This document shows, piece by piece, positions 1 to 9,880 of a stretch of 64,000 nt of DNA (the first letter of the stretch is position 1; every line of letters begins with the position of its first letter). Below the pieces are notes generated by a model. It was not told the DNA's origin. It was given only the letters and a program-made list of their open reading frames with translations, and did no database searches. The DNA lies in assembly GCA_036724105.1 (NCBI GenBank), contig DAIMGF010000008.1:56161-120160 (forward strand), given 5' to 3'. The DNA is from Parvularculaceae bacterium. Its GTDB lineage: Bacteria > Pseudomonadota > Alphaproteobacteria > Caulobacterales > Parvularculaceae. Made by a program: the position numbers and the translations under genes.

Positions 1-160
1 CTGCGTTGCCGCCAAGTTCTTCATCGAAATCGAGATAGTTGTAGCCGCCGGAAAGATAGGGGCCGGTCGTTTCTTCCGTCTCGTAATTCTGCGCAGACGC
101 CGCGCCGGCAGTGATCATAGCTGCCGCACCAGCGAACAGGAGTGTTTTTATTCGAGTCAT
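1..160 (-). CDS. outer-membrane beta-barrel (OmpA/porin-like) protein, N-terminal fragment running off the window
   Basis: Absent from the ORF track because it is truncated. A minus-strand ATG at 160 is preceded by AAGGAGG (rc of 167-173). The translation is MTRIKTLLFAGAAAMITAGAASAQNYETEETTGPYLSGGYNYLDFDEELGGNA: a Sec signal peptide (ASA-Q) followed by a Gly/Tyr-rich start typical of small beta-barrel OMPs. Confidence 0.55.
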   Translation of the reverse strand, partial: MTRIKTLLFAGAAAMITAGAASAQNYETEETTGPYLSGGYNYLDFDEELGGNA

Positions 161-329
161 CAATGACCTCCTTCATACTCAACAGGGGTGACGGGCGCGG
201 AACAGCCTCCAGCGGCGGGCGTTCCATTGTTTTTCGGAAAGGTTTTCGTGCTTTTTGAGCGGCTCTAGGCTCTATTTGATCTTCCGGACAAATTTCGCCA
301 GAGTTACCGAAAATTCAGGGAGGCACCGC

Positions 330-1952
330 ATGGCGGCTGTGGCGACGCAAAAAGGTTTTCTGGGGCTGGTTGAACGGGCGGGTAACAAACTGCCCGATCC
401 GGCCTTCATATTTTTCTATCTCATCATCGTCATGGCGGTTCTGTCGAGCGTCGCCGCCATTTTCGGGTGGTCGGTGCCGCATCCGACCCAAACGGATGAC
501 GCCGGCGCGCCCTTGATCGTTTCCGCGATCAGCGCCATCGCGCCGCAAAGCATCGAACATCTTCTGACGGAGATGCCCGAGATATTCACAAGTTTCCATC
601 CGCTCGGTTACGTACTGGTCGTGATGCTCGGCGCCGGCGTCGCCGAACGGGCTGGTCTGTTCGGAACGGCGATGCGCGCGGCCGTGCGTAAAGCGCCGCG
701 TTTCTTACTGACGCCCGCCGTCGCACTGGCCGCGATGATGGGCAATCTCGCGGCGGACGCTGCGTATGTGGTGTTGATCCCGCTTGCCGCTGTGATTTTC
801 GCCGCTGCAGGGCGTCATCCGATCGCAGGGATCACTGCGTCGTTTGCAGGCGTATCTGGCGGCTTTTCCGCAAACCTCTTGCCGGGACAGCTCGACGCCT
901 TGCTGTTCGGCATTACCGAGGCCGCCGTTGCGCCGCTCGATCCAACATGGGTCATGAACATCACCGGCAACTGGTTTTTCATCGCCGCCATGACGTTCAT
1001 CTACATGCCGGTGATCTGGTTCGTCACGGATGTCATTATCGAACGCCGGCTGGGGCCGTGGACCGGCGGCGCTGTCGCGGGGTCGGACGATCCCGGCGAC
1101 GATCCGAACGCGCCGCTGACAGACGGTCAGAAAAAGGGCTTGCGGCAGGCAGGCTACGTCGTGCTCGTCATCGCTTTCATCTGGCTGGCAATGGCCGTCG
1201 ATCTCGTGGCGCTTATTCCGTTTACGGATATTTCCATGTATGGCGGCGACGTGCCGCTTTATGACGAAACGCCTGGCCTCCTGGCCGCGCAGGCGCTGGT
1301 GCCGTTCTTTCAGTCGCTGGTCGCCGGCTTCATGATCCTGTTCATCTTTACCGGGATCGCCTATGGAAAAGCGGCTGGAACAATATCCAATCATCGCGAC
1401 ATCGTTGAGATGATGGCCGCCGCCATGCGCGACATGGGCTATTATCTCGTGCTTGCGTTTTTCGCCGCTTACTTCGTTGAGATGTTCAACATTTCAAACC
1501 TCGGCCTGATCTCCGCGGTGAACGGGGCAGACGCCATTCGCGAGTCCGGACTGCCGCTGCCCATTGTATTGTGCCTGATCGTTCTTTTTGCAGGTCTGCT
1601 GAACCTCTTTGTCGGCTCGGCGAGTGCGAAATGGGCGCTGATGGCGCCGGTGCTTGTTCCGATGCTCATGCTTTTGAACGTCAGCCCGGAAATGGCGACG
1701 GCGGCCTATCGGGTCGGCGACAGCGCCACCAACATCATCACGCCGCTGATGGTGTATTTCCCGCTTGTGCTGGTCTTTGCGCAGCGCTGGGTGCCGGGTT
1801 TCGGCCTCGGCTCGCTGACGGCGTCGATGATCCCGTATTCGATCTGGCTGTTGATCAGCGGCATCGCGCTGACGTTTATCTGGGTGACGTTCGGGCTACC
1901 GCTCGGGCCGGGCGCAGAAGTCGGATACACGCTGCCGACGGCTACGCCATAG
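330..1952 (+). CDS. abgT: AbgT family (p-aminobenzoyl-glutamate/antimetabolite) transporter
   Basis: Polytopic membrane protein from ORF 255..1952. The N-terminus GFLGLVERAGNKLPDPAFIFFYL is typical of AbgT. I prefer the ATG at 330 because of the GGGAGG just upstream; the 25 residues before it look non-coding. Confidence 0.85.
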   Translation: MAAVATQKGFLGLVERAGNKLPDPAFIFFYLIIVMAVLSSVAAIFGWSVPHPTQTDDAGAPLIVSAISAIAPQSIEHLLTEMPEIFTSFHPLGYVLVVMLGAGVAERAGLFGTAMRAAVRKAPRFLLTPAVALAAMMGNLAADAAYVVLIPLAAVIFAAAGRHPIAGITASFAGVSGGFSANLLPGQLDALLFGITEAAVAPLDPTWVMNITGNWFFIAAMTFIYMPVIWFVTDVIIERRLGPWTGGAVAGSDDPGDDPNAPLTDGQKKGLRQAGYVVLVIAFIWLAMAVDLVALIPFTDISMYGGDVPLYDETPGLLAAQALVPFFQSLVAGFMILFIFTGIAYGKAAGTISNHRDIVEMMAAAMRDMGYYLVLAFFAAYFVEMFNISNLGLISAVNGADAIRESGLPLPIVLCLIVLFAGLLNLFVGSASAKWALMAPVLVPMLMLLNVSPEMATAAYRVGDSATNIITPLMVYFPLVLVFAQRWVPGFGLGSLTASMIPYSIWLLISGIALTFIWVTFGLPLGPGAEVGYTLPTATP

Positions 1953-1964
1953 GGAAGCGGCGCG

Positions 1965-3185
1965 TCAGGATTGCAGAAGCCGGTCGACGGTTCGCGACAG
2001 AACCGCAAGACCGGCTTCTATATCCGCCGCATGCGTGCGTTCGTTCGGATTGTGGCTGACGCCGGCGATGGACGGGATGAAGATCATGGCGGTCGGACAA
2101 ATCCGCGCCATCATCTGAGCATCATGACCGGCGCCTGAAACCATGCGCTTGATGCTAAAGCCGCCGCGCCGGGCCTCCTGCTCGATGATATCTACCATGG
2201 CCGGATCAAACTCCACTGGCGCAAACCTTACGAGAGCCTCGGTATCAATTTCGGCGCCTTCTTCATGAGCGATAGCGGCGATAACGTCTTCAAGTCTTTG
2301 CTGCGCGACCCGTAAAGATGTTTCGTTAGCGTTTCGAAGATCGACAGTGAGATAGGCTTCTCCCGCGACGACGTTGATCAGGTTGGGTTTAAGATCGACC
2401 CGGCCGACAGTCGCCACCTGACCGTCGATCTCTGAGGCGATCTTCCGCGCCTCGACCGCCAGCCGCGCCGCGATATAACCGGCGTCCTTCCGCAGGCTCA
2501 TAGGCGTTGTGCCAGCGTGATTGGCCTGTCCTTTTATCGTGATGCCGGTCCAGTAAATTCCCTGAACCCCTTCGATAGCGCCAAGTGTAATATTTTCCGC
2601 CTCAAGGACTGGCCCCTGTTCGATATGGATTTCGAGAAACCAGGAAGGCGTAACCGCGCCGCAGGAGAGGTCGCCCGAATAACCAATATCGTCGAGCGCC
2701 TGCCCCAGTGACATGCGGTTTCGGTCCTTTGCTGCACGCGCCTGCTCCACCTCCATACCGCCGGCATGAACAAGTGATCCCATCATGTCCGGCTGGAACC
2801 GTACGCCCTCTTCATTTGTAAAGACGGCGATGGTTATCGGACGGGCGGGAATAAGGCTGGCGTCGCGAAAGGAAGAAATAATTTCGAGCCCGGCGATAAC
2901 GCCTAACGGGCCGTCGAGCTTGCCGCCATTGCTGACCGTATCGATATGCGAGCCCATCATGAGCGGCGGAAGCTGATTTATGCCTTCAAGGGTTCCGAAA
3001 ATATTGCCGATGCGATCGATCTCAACTTTCAGATTGAGTTCGCGCATCCATGCGACGATCTGATCGCGGCCCGCTTTATCTTCCAAAGTGGCGGCGATGC
3101 GCCTGACGCCGCCTTCCGGCGTTGCGCCAATCCGTCCGAGCGTTTCAATTCGCTCCAGCATACGATTGATATTCAGCTTGCGCAA
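1965..3185 (-). CDS. M20-family Zn amidohydrolase (N-carbamoyl-L-amino-acid / allantoate amidohydrolase-like)
   Basis: The sequence LERIETLGRIGATPEGGVRRIA...GSHIDTV...TNEEG...SGAGHDA matches the AmaB/AllC-type M20 pattern. The start is uncertain: TTG at 3185 with AGGA upstream, or ATG at 3161. The upstream gene stops at 3202, so the two probably form an operon. Confidence 0.8.
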   Translation of the reverse strand: MRKLNINRMLERIETLGRIGATPEGGVRRIAATLEDKAGRDQIVAWMRELNLKVEIDRIGNIFGTLEGINQLPPLMMGSHIDTVSNGGKLDGPLGVIAGLEIISSFRDASLIPARPITIAVFTNEEGVRFQPDMMGSLVHAGGMEVEQARAAKDRNRMSLGQALDDIGYSGDLSCGAVTPSWFLEIHIEQGPVLEAENITLGAIEGVQGIYWTGITIKGQANHAGTTPMSLRKDAGYIAARLAVEARKIASEIDGQVATVGRVDLKPNLINVVAGEAYLTVDLRNANETSLRVAQQRLEDVIAAIAHEEGAEIDTEALVRFAPVEFDPAMVDIIEQEARRGGFSIKRMVSGAGHDAQMMARICPTAMIFIPSIAGVSHNPNERTHAADIEAGLAVLSRTVDRLLQS

Positions 3186-3201
3186 TGAAACCGTCCTGAA
3201 G

Positions 3202-4344
3202 TTACAACGATGTTTCCGTTGCAAAGACAAGGCAATGTGCGGCCTCGTCAAGACCAGTCATTTGTTTTTCTTGAGGATGCGAGGCTAATTCGTTCAACGC
3301 TGCAAACCCAGCCGCGCCTGAAGGCGTTGTCGCGACACCGGCGCTTGTCAGGGTTTGTGCGGCCGCTGCCGCAGACTGGTCGCTGACGGTCACAAAGGAG
3401 TCGGCTGTTTCTTTCAGAATTTCATAGGCGAGAAGGGAAGGCTCAGCGCAATCGAGACGCCCCATATTGGTGCCGGGCGCTGGAACACGAGTCATTCGAT
3501 CGTTCCGCATGCTTTCCATCAGGCAAGCCGCATTTTCCGGCTCAACGACAATGATGGCTGGTTGTTGCAGCCAGGTAAGGCGGATGTGATTGGCGAGTGC
3601 GCCGGCAAGTCCGCCAACGCCCGCCTGCAAGAACACGTGGCTCGGCCAGTCGCCTGTTTCATTACAGGCGTTCAACACCTCATCACCGATGACGGCATAG
3701 CCCTGCATCACCATCGACGGTACATCGAGATAACCATCCCACGAACTGTCGGCGATCAGGACCCAGTTATTTTCCTGCGCCGCTTTAAGCGCGCCGGCCA
3801 TGCTATCATCGTAACCCTCGCCGCAGCGGACAACGGCGGCGCCAAATTCGCGCAGTCTTTCTGCAAACGCTTCCGGAACGGGCGCTGCGAGAAACACAGT
3901 GCATTGAGCGCCGAACAATCTGGCGCCGGCGGCGACGGATAACCCGTGGTTCCCGGCGCTCGCGCAACAGAATGTCGAACCCGCAGCGGCATCCGAAAGC
4001 GATTTAATCAGCGTATCGCTCGAAGCGTGCTGTGAATGCGGCGACTTGTTCAGCAAATAATCGAACACGGCATAGGCGCCGCCAAGCGCCTTGAAACTGC
4101 CGAGGCCCATGCGGTCTGTTTCGTCCTTTACGGACATTTTGCGAATGCCCAGCGTTGACGCAAGCTTATCAATACCGACAAGCGGAGTTGCCGTATATGC
4201 GGGGCAATGCCCGAGCGCGCGCAAGACAGCGTCAGCCGCGGCCATTTCCTGAAACCGCTCATTGGCAATACTGCGCCAGTACACTCGTGAAATTTCATTA
4301 TGAAAAATACGCATATTGGTCCGCATCTGGGATGTGGCCACCAT
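3202..4344 (-). CDS. diaminopropionate ammonia-lyase (PLP-dependent, YgeX-like)
   Basis: Carries the motif VKDETDRMGLGSFKALGGAYAV (the PLP-lysine region of DAP ammonia-lyases) and has fold-type II PLP enzyme length. The start could be any of three ATGs (4344, 4326 or 4314). Confidence 0.75.
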   Translation of the reverse strand: MVATSQMRTNMRIFHNEISRVYWRSIANERFQEMAAADAVLRALGHCPAYTATPLVGIDKLASTLGIRKMSVKDETDRMGLGSFKALGGAYAVFDYLLNKSPHSQHASSDTLIKSLSDAAAGSTFCCASAGNHGLSVAAGARLFGAQCTVFLAAPVPEAFAERLREFGAAVVRCGEGYDDSMAGALKAAQENNWVLIADSSWDGYLDVPSMVMQGYAVIGDEVLNACNETGDWPSHVFLQAGVGGLAGALANHIRLTWLQQPAIIVVEPENAACLMESMRNDRMTRVPAPGTNMGRLDCAEPSLLAYEILKETADSFVTVSDQSAAAAAQTLTSAGVATTPSGAAGFAALNELASHPQEKQMTGLDEAAHCLVFATETSL

Positions 4345-4388
4345 AGCGCGCTTTTTACAGTATATGGAAAGCGCGTTGATGCGGTCTG

Positions 4389-5378
4389 CTAGGCGACGCT
4401 CACCTGCGGCGCCGCTTCGGGCAGATCTTCGCCAAAGGCGCGCTGATAAAATTCCGCCACAGTCGGGCGTTCAAGTTCATCACATTTATTCAGGAACGTT
4501 ACGCGGAAGGCGTAACCAATATTCATAAAAATTTCTGCGTTCTGCGCCCAGGTGATCACCGTCCGTGGGCTCATGACCGTGGAGATGTCGCCGGCGATAA
4601 AGGCGTTGCGCGTCATGTCTGCGACGCGCACCATGGCGTCGATGGCGGAGCGGCCTTCTTTTGAGTCGTAGAGCGGAACCTTGGCGATGACGATCTTGGC
4701 TTCCTCGTCATGTTCGAGATAGTTCAGCGTCGTCACGATCGACCAGCGGTCCATCTGGCCCTGGTTGATCTGCTGCGTGCCGTGATAAAGCCCGGTCGTA
4801 TCGCCAAGGCCAATGGTGTTGGTCGTTGAAAACAGCCGGAACCACGGGTTCGGCGTCAGCACCTTGTTCTGGTCGAGGAGCGTGAGCCGTCCTTCGGCTT
4901 CGAGAATCCGCTGGATCACGAACATCACGTCCGGCCGGCCGGCGTCATACTCGTCAAAGACGAGTGCGACCGGGCGCTGAAACGCCCAAGGCAGCATGCC
5001 TTCCTTGAACTGGGTTATCTGAACGCCGTTCTCGACCACGATGGCGTCCTTGCCGATCAGATCGATCCGCGACACATGACTGTCGAGATTGACGCGGATG
5101 CACGGCCAGTTAAGGCGCGCCGCCACCTGTTCGATGTGGGTGGATTTGCCTGTGCCGTGATAGCCCTGGACCATGACCCGGCGATTGCGTGCGAAACCCG
5201 CAAGGATCGCCATAGTGGTTTCCGGGTTGAAGCGATAGGCGTCATCCACCGGCGGCACATATTCGTTGGGCTTTTCGAACGCCGGGACTTCGAGGTCGAG
5301 ATTGACGCCGAACACTTTCTTGGCGTCGACCGTCTTGGTCGGCTTTTCAAGGAACGTTTCGTCGGTAATCGCAGACAT
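4389..5378 (-). CDS. cobS: CobS-type AAA+ (MoxR-like) ATPase, aerobic cobaltochelatase small subunit homologue
   Basis: Near-identical in pattern to alphaproteobacterial CobS: [60 protein letters not shown]. Confidence 0.9.
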   Translation of the reverse strand: MSAITDETFLEKPTKTVDAKKVFGVNLDLEVPAFEKPNEYVPPVDDAYRFNPETTMAILAGFARNRRVMVQGYHGTGKSTHIEQVAARLNWPCIRVNLDSHVSRIDLIGKDAIVVENGVQITQFKEGMLPWAFQRPVALVFDEYDAGRPDVMFVIQRILEAEGRLTLLDQNKVLTPNPWFRLFSTTNTIGLGDTTGLYHGTQQINQGQMDRWSIVTTLNYLEHDEEAKIVIAKVPLYDSKEGRSAIDAMVRVADMTRNAFIAGDISTVMSPRTVITWAQNAEIFMNIGYAFRVTFLNKCDELERPTVAEFYQRAFGEDLPEAAPQVSVA

Positions 5379-5474
5379 TGGACTAATTGCTCATGAATAG
5401 CGTTCGGTGTGAAACTCGCGCGGACCCTCGCCCGAAAGGGGCGTCAAGACAAGGGGCCATGGCGCCTCATCCCG

Positions 5475-6125
5475 TTAAAGAAACTGCGCTTTTTTGAGGA
5501 TCTGGTGGGCCTTCACCACCTCAGTCAGCTGTTCCTCGGCGCTGCGGTCGCCGCCATTCGAGTCCGGGTGGAACCGGCGCAGGAGTTCGGCGTAGCGCCG
5601 CCGGATTTCCGATGACGAGGCGGCGTAGGGCAGGGCCAGCGTATCGAAGGCGTTGACCTGAAGCTTGGTGAGACGCTTGCCCTCGCGGTGTTGACCGCGG
5701 GTCTCGGTCTGGATTTTCGCGTCCTTGCCGAAAATGCCGAAAGCATCATCCATGTCGGCGGCGCCTCGGGCGTTTGACGCGGCCCGTGCGCGGTCGTTCT
5801 TGCCCATAGACCATGTGGGGCGGTCGCCATACTGGCTCGCTTCCCGGACCTTCTTGGCCTCGTCGTCGCTGAGGCCGTCAAAGTAGTTCCAGCTTTTGTT
5901 GTGCTCCCGGGCGTGATCCATGCACAGCCAGACCCGCTCCTTGGGCTCGCGCGGCGATTTGGGCAGACTGCAGGCGGCCTTCGCCTCGCAGCCGGGAGCC
6001 ACGCAATCATGCTTCGACGGATCTTCGCCCGATTGCGCCGCTGACGCCGTTTTCTTCTTCTGCCGGCCAGGCGGCTTAACCCGGATGTCAAAGCCAAGGC
6101 GCGGTTTGTAATTTTTCTCTACCAT
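5475..6125 (-). CDS. J-domain protein with N-terminal Cys/His cluster
   Basis: C-terminal J domain (RRRYAELLRRFHPDSNGG...). The upstream motif CVAPGCEAKA...WLCMDHAREHNKSWNYF suggests metal binding. I chose the ATG at 6125 (MVEKNYK) so that the gene does not overlap the divergent bolA. Confidence 0.75.
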   Translation of the reverse strand: MVEKNYKPRLGFDIRVKPPGRQKKKTASAAQSGEDPSKHDCVAPGCEAKAACSLPKSPREPKERVWLCMDHAREHNKSWNYFDGLSDDEAKKVREASQYGDRPTWSMGKNDRARAASNARGAADMDDAFGIFGKDAKIQTETRGQHREGKRLTKLQVNAFDTLALPYAASSSEIRRRYAELLRRFHPDSNGGDRSAEEQLTEVVKAHQILKKAQFL

Positions 6126-6198
6126 GCAGTGCAATATGATGCGCCTTGCGGCTTGACACAATCTTGACGAATAGGCTTGGTACGGGTTCTCTGGCGCC

Positions 6199-6483
6199 AT
6201 GCAAGTCGCAGAAACCATCCGCAAAAAATTAGCCGCCGCCCTTGGTCCCGAAAGCCTCGAGGTCATCGATGAGTCGCACCTTCACGCGGGTCACGCCGGC
6301 GCAAGAGAAGGGGGCCAATCGCACTTCCGTTTGCTGGTCGTATCGGGCGCGTTTGAAGGGCTTTCGCGAGTTGCACGACAAAGGCTGGTGAATGACGTTC
6401 TGCGCGAGGAGCTCGCCGGGCCCATTCACGCGCTCGCCATGAAGACCATGACTCCAGACGAGGCCGCCGCGAAAGCGGACTAG
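6199..6483 (+). CDS. bolA: BolA family protein
   Basis: A 94-aa protein with the typical BolA pattern VIDESHLHAGHAG...HFRLLVVSGAFEGLSRVARQRLV...IHALAMKT. Confidence 0.9.
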   Translation: MQVAETIRKKLAAALGPESLEVIDESHLHAGHAGAREGGQSHFRLLVVSGAFEGLSRVARQRLVNDVLREELAGPIHALAMKTMTPDEAAAKAD

Positions 6484-6518
6484 AGTTTCGCTGCACAAAG
6501 GTTTACCAGAGCAAATTC

Positions 6519-7112
6519 ATGGAACTCCCCGGCGCGCCCGCCACTTACGCCCTGATCATCGCAAACCTCGTTCCGAGCATTTACGCGCTGTCATTCGACC
6601 GCGGTTTTACGGGCAGCTACGCGTTTAATGTCGGGGCGCTGATTCATCGCAAACAGCACTATCGGATTTTTACGTCGTCATTTCTGCACGGTGATTATTT
6701 TCATCTGCTGTTCAACATGATGACGCTGTGGTTCTTTGGGCCGGCCGTTGAACGGCTGCTCGGAACGGACGGGTTTCTGGTCGTTTACTTCGGCGCCATT
6801 TTCGCGAGCGGCGTCGTGTCGTTTTACGCCAACCGCGATAATCTGGCTTATACTTCGCTTGGCGCCTCGGACGGCGTATCAGGCGTCATACTTTCCTTTT
6901 GCTTATTTGCGCCGCTACATCCGATCTATTTCATGTTCGTGCCGATTCCGATTCCGGCGATTGTTTATGGCGTTTTGTTCATGCTGATATCTGCGAGCAT
7001 GATGGGCGGCGGCGGGCGGATCGCCCATGAAGGCCATCTCGGCGGCGCTGTCGCGGGGGTGATTTTGACCTTACTGATGCGGCCCGAGATTTTAGCGCAG
7101 ACATTCGGATGA
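6519..7112 (+). CDS. rhomboid family intramembrane serine protease
   Basis: A six-TM protein with HGDYFHLLFNMMTLWFFG, the catalytic GVSGV (GxSG) and the AHEGHLGGAVAG histidine motif. Confidence 0.85.
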   Translation: MELPGAPATYALIIANLVPSIYALSFDRGFTGSYAFNVGALIHRKQHYRIFTSSFLHGDYFHLLFNMMTLWFFGPAVERLLGTDGFLVVYFGAIFASGVVSFYANRDNLAYTSLGASDGVSGVILSFCLFAPLHPIYFMFVPIPIPAIVYGVLFMLISASMMGGGGRIAHEGHLGGAVAGVILTLLMRPEILAQTFG

Positions 7113-7267
7113 TTTCCCGGGAGAGTGGAATCTTCCGAGCCAGTCTTCCGCATTCGGTGTGCTGAAGTGGTTTTTGAGGGCCAGCAAATTCAAACGATTA
7201 GCATCACTCTTGCCACACCAACGGCGCAGCATGCTAGGATATTCGCGCTGTTGTTCAGGGGAGTTTG

Positions 7268-7675
7268 ATGAGCCGCATTTCATTGCCGGAAGGGATTTCT
7301 CCGACAAACGAAAAAAGCGTGTTCAGTGATGACGCCGAGTTCACGGCGCCTCAAACTGCAATTCCGGAATTTTCTAAAGCCTGTACTCCTGATCCGTCCA
7401 AAAAGCCGGAAATGGCGTCGGTGTCGCACCCGCGGTTCAAAAGTAAAATCTCCGACCGGTTTGTCCGTGAGGAGGATGATGACGAAGATGACAAGCAGAA
7501 CGATGAAGTGAATATTCTTCACGGTCCTCATACGCCCGGCCCGCTGATCATTCTGATTGCAATCGGGCTGGTGCTTGCGGCTCTCGCGGCGTTTGTCCTT
7601 GTAAGCAATCAGCAGCCTTTGCCATTATGCGCTGACCAGCCGGACTGGAACCAGTACAATTGCCGGGCTGGCTAA
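7268..7675 (+). CDS. hypothetical single-pass membrane protein with acidic tract
   Basis: GGGGAG lies 4 nt upstream of the ATG at 7268. The protein has an EEDDDEDDKQNDE tract followed by one TM helix (LIILIAIGLVLAALAAFVLV). I recognise no family. Confidence 0.4.
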   Translation: MSRISLPEGISPTNEKSVFSDDAEFTAPQTAIPEFSKACTPDPSKKPEMASVSHPRFKSKISDRFVREEDDDEDDKQNDEVNILHGPHTPGPLIILIAIGLVLAALAAFVLVSNQQPLPLCADQPDWNQYNCRAG

Positions 7676-7690
7676 CCGGGTACAGCAGGC

Positions 7691-8407
7691 TTACCGGTCG
7701 GCTTGCTCTGGCAGCGTCGCCGCCATCATTCCCTCGCGCGGCGCCCCGTAAAGAATCCTCGCTCCCTCAACATCGCCAGACTGTAACTCGCTGATATTTT
7801 CGCCATAGGTGAACGACATCAACTGTCCGCGCGGGCTTGCATGATTAAGACCAATGGCGTGTCCGATTTCGTGGGTAAGCGTGTATTTCATATCCTGCGC
7901 TTCAGGATTTTCGCCGAAACCGATCTTCCAGGACTTTGCCGGGCTGAGGCAGACGATCCCGCGTTCAATGGCGTGAATGCCGTCCGCTGTTGATGTGTAT
8001 TTTACGTCAGCGTGCGCCCATCCCCGTTCGGCGAGGTCGGCGCCGATCAGGATGTCAGCCGTCTCGGAAGACGCAGCGGGGCGAAACCTGATACCGGACA
8101 CGTTCTCCCAGGCGCGAAAGGCGTGCGTCAGCTCCCGCTCGAAAGACGCAGCGTCGATTTCGTTGGCGAAAAGTATCGGCTGGACGGGGCCGATAGCCGT
8201 ACAGTTGCGGGCGTCTGCGAAGTCATGGCGAGAATTTACGAGGCCATAGGTTACGGTCGCCTCGGCCCCAAAGACCGGTTCGCCCCATTTCATATAGGCT
8301 CCGTCGAGCTTCAATAGCCGGTATTCTGGTTGCGCCTGCGCGCTCGCAGGGAACGCAAACGCCGCCAAAGAGAAGAGAAAACAGAAAAAACGCAACGCAG
8401 GATCCAA
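7691..8407 (-). CDS. secreted matrixin-like (metzincin, M10) zinc metalloprotease
   Basis: Signal peptide FAFPASAQA-Q and the HEIGHAIGLNH (HExxHxxGxxH) zinc-binding motif. Confidence 0.8.
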   Translation of the reverse strand: MDPALRFFCFLFSLAAFAFPASAQAQPEYRLLKLDGAYMKWGEPVFGAEATVTYGLVNSRHDFADARNCTAIGPVQPILFANEIDAASFERELTHAFRAWENVSGIRFRPAASSETADILIGADLAERGWAHADVKYTSTADGIHAIERGIVCLSPAKSWKIGFGENPEAQDMKYTLTHEIGHAIGLNHASPRGQLMSFTYGENISELQSGDVEGARILYGAPREGMMAATLPEQADR

Positions 8408-8782
8408 TAGCTAAGGCGCCTTAAGTATTACAGACAGTTAATGAGCAGGGGTTAATGAAAGGTGATGTCCCGGTCAACGGAAAGAGCGAAAGCTTTTGCG
8501 CGGGTTCAACGGCGCCGCCGGCGCCAATGCGGGCGCCCGGACGATAGCGGCCGGCGGGATTCGATAGCGGCTGATTAAGTCTCGTTTCGGCAGCTAAATT
8601 ACTTAGTCATCAGTATAAGGAAAGAATATTAATAGCAGAGAAAAACCGCCATGTGTATAAACACGTCTTTACTTTTTTTAATCATGACAAGGCGTCCATG
8701 CTGTAACATCATTAACTCGAAAAGCACTTTCAAACTTCCGATAGTTGTTTCGTGAGCGGGGAAACTCGAAAGGAGATTTGAA

Positions 8783-9184
8783 ATGAGAAAATCTTTGCTA
8801 TCGGCTTCCGTCACATCGTTTGTATTTGCTCTCGGCGCCGCGTACGCGCAAGAGAAGTCAATCCACACGGAAACAGCAACGGAAGAAGCTGCATCGCCTG
8901 CAATGGAAACGGCTCAGCTTGAAGGCCAGAACGTATTTGACGCGAACGGACAACCCGTCGGCACCGTTGAAACAGTCATAACTGCGGATGACGGAAGCCA
9001 GCAGGCAATCCTGTCCGTCGGCGGCTTCCTTGGCCTTGGCGCCAAGAAAATCAGCGTTGGCGTTGATGAATTGCAGGAGAACGCGGACGGATCGGGTTAT
9101 ACGCTGTCCATGACGGCTGAAGAGGTCGAGGCTGCGCCTGCGTTTCAGGGCGAAGTTGAGGCCGAACAGCCTGTGAACGAATAA
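8783..9184 (+). CDS. PRC-barrel domain protein, secreted
   Basis: AGGAG Shine-Dalgarno sequence, signal peptide ALGAAYA-Q, and the PRC-barrel-like core LEGQNVFDANGQPVGTVETVI...ILSVGGFLGLGAKKISV. Confidence 0.75.
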   Translation: MRKSLLSASVTSFVFALGAAYAQEKSIHTETATEEAASPAMETAQLEGQNVFDANGQPVGTVETVITADDGSQQAILSVGGFLGLGAKKISVGVDELQENADGSGYTLSMTAEEVEAAPAFQGEVEAEQPVNE

Positions 9185-9211
9185 CCTTTGATCATTTGCG
9201 CTTATTTGCAG

Positions 9212-9250
9212 CAAGAACGGCGGGGCGAGTCGCAGGCCCTGCCGTTCTTG
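9212..9250. terminator. hairpin between convergent genes (possible bidirectional terminator)
   Basis: A 10-bp perfect stem (caagaacggc / gccgttcttg) with a 19-nt loop sits between the stop at 9184 (+) and the stop at 9275 (-). There is no strong T-tract. Confidence 0.4.
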
Positions 9251-9274
9251 GCATATCAGCATGTTGGCTGAGTA

Positions 9275-9817
9275 TTAAACGACGCGGTCGGCGGTTTTCG
9301 CGCCGCGCTCCTTCATGATTTTCTGATAGGCGTAATTGACTTTTTGGGTCGTTAGGATCGCAGCCTTGGTGATGTCGTCATCGAGGCCCAGCGAGGCGAG
9401 GGCGTCTGGGTGCACCGCCTTGATCCGCGCCTTGTAGGCTGCGCGAATTTCGTCGGGGCTGGCCGTCGGCTGAATACGCAGCATCTCGTAAGGGTCGAAC
9501 GATTTCTTCGAGATCGCCTCGCGAATGGTTTCCTGCGTGAAATCTTCCTCGAGCTGTTCGAGTTCTTCCTCGTCCTCTCTGGACGCATTCTGCTCGGCAA
9601 GGGATTCGATTTGCGTCTTGGCGATCAACACCGTCTCACCCGAGGGCCGGCGAACCGGAATGAAAACGCGCTCATCATTGAGTAGATCCTGAGCCCGTTC
9701 GCCAAGGCTGGCGAAGATGGTTACCGGAATCTCTTCATCAACGCCTTTAAGGCGCAGCAAGACGTCAATCTCGTTGCGGTGGCGGAAGGTGCGGTTTTTG
9801 CTGTCAAAAACGCTCAT
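9275..9817 (-). CDS. J-domain protein (C-terminal DnaJ domain, unknown N-terminal domain)
   Basis: The C-terminus DPYEMLRIQPTASPDEIRAAYKARIKAVHPD is a J domain carrying HPD. An acidic linker (EDEEELEQLEED) separates it from an N-terminal stretch of about 80 aa that I cannot assign. Confidence 0.7.
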   Translation of the reverse strand: MSVFDSKNRTFRHRNEIDVLLRLKGVDEEIPVTIFASLGERAQDLLNDERVFIPVRRPSGETVLIAKTQIESLAEQNASREDEEELEQLEEDFTQETIREAISKKSFDPYEMLRIQPTASPDEIRAAYKARIKAVHPDALASLGLDDDITKAAILTTQKVNYAYQKIMKERGAKTADRVV

Positions 9818-9880
9818 CAGGGGCCTCGTTCGACCGCGCGGGGTGCGGTTCGAACAGAGACCTGCAACGGTCTTGCCAGA

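Noticed and set aside
255-329. The TTG-initiated 25-codon extension of the AbgT ORF.
   Set aside because: There is no Shine-Dalgarno sequence, and the sequence does not look like a protein. The ATG at 330 has GGGAGG upstream and starts the conserved AbgT N-terminus.
705-1394. Long antisense or shadow ORFs inside well-supported genes. Examples: 705..1394(-), 16701..17282(-), 26182..27111(-), 35412..36320(+), 36440..37192(-), 44027..44773(-), 47234..48142(+), 54001..54714(-), 62245..62835(-), and the many 60-120-aa ORFs inside tamB.
   Set aside because: Their translations are Arg/Ala/Pro/Gly-rich and low-complexity with no recognisable motifs. They lie opposite or out of frame to genes with clear family signatures. 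This is the expected behaviour of high-GC DNA, not evidence of overlapping genes.
8408-8782. A possible EcfG-type general-stress promoter (GGAAC-N16/17-CGTT) or a small RNA in the 375-bp spacer upstream of the PRC-barrel gene. I also noted a 12-bp palindrome (TAAGGCGCCTTA) and a short direct repeat (gatagcggc x2).
   Set aside because: The best candidate (GGAAA-N17-CGGGTT near 8478-8505) does not match the consensus well enough, and the other motifs are too short to separate from chance without comparative data.
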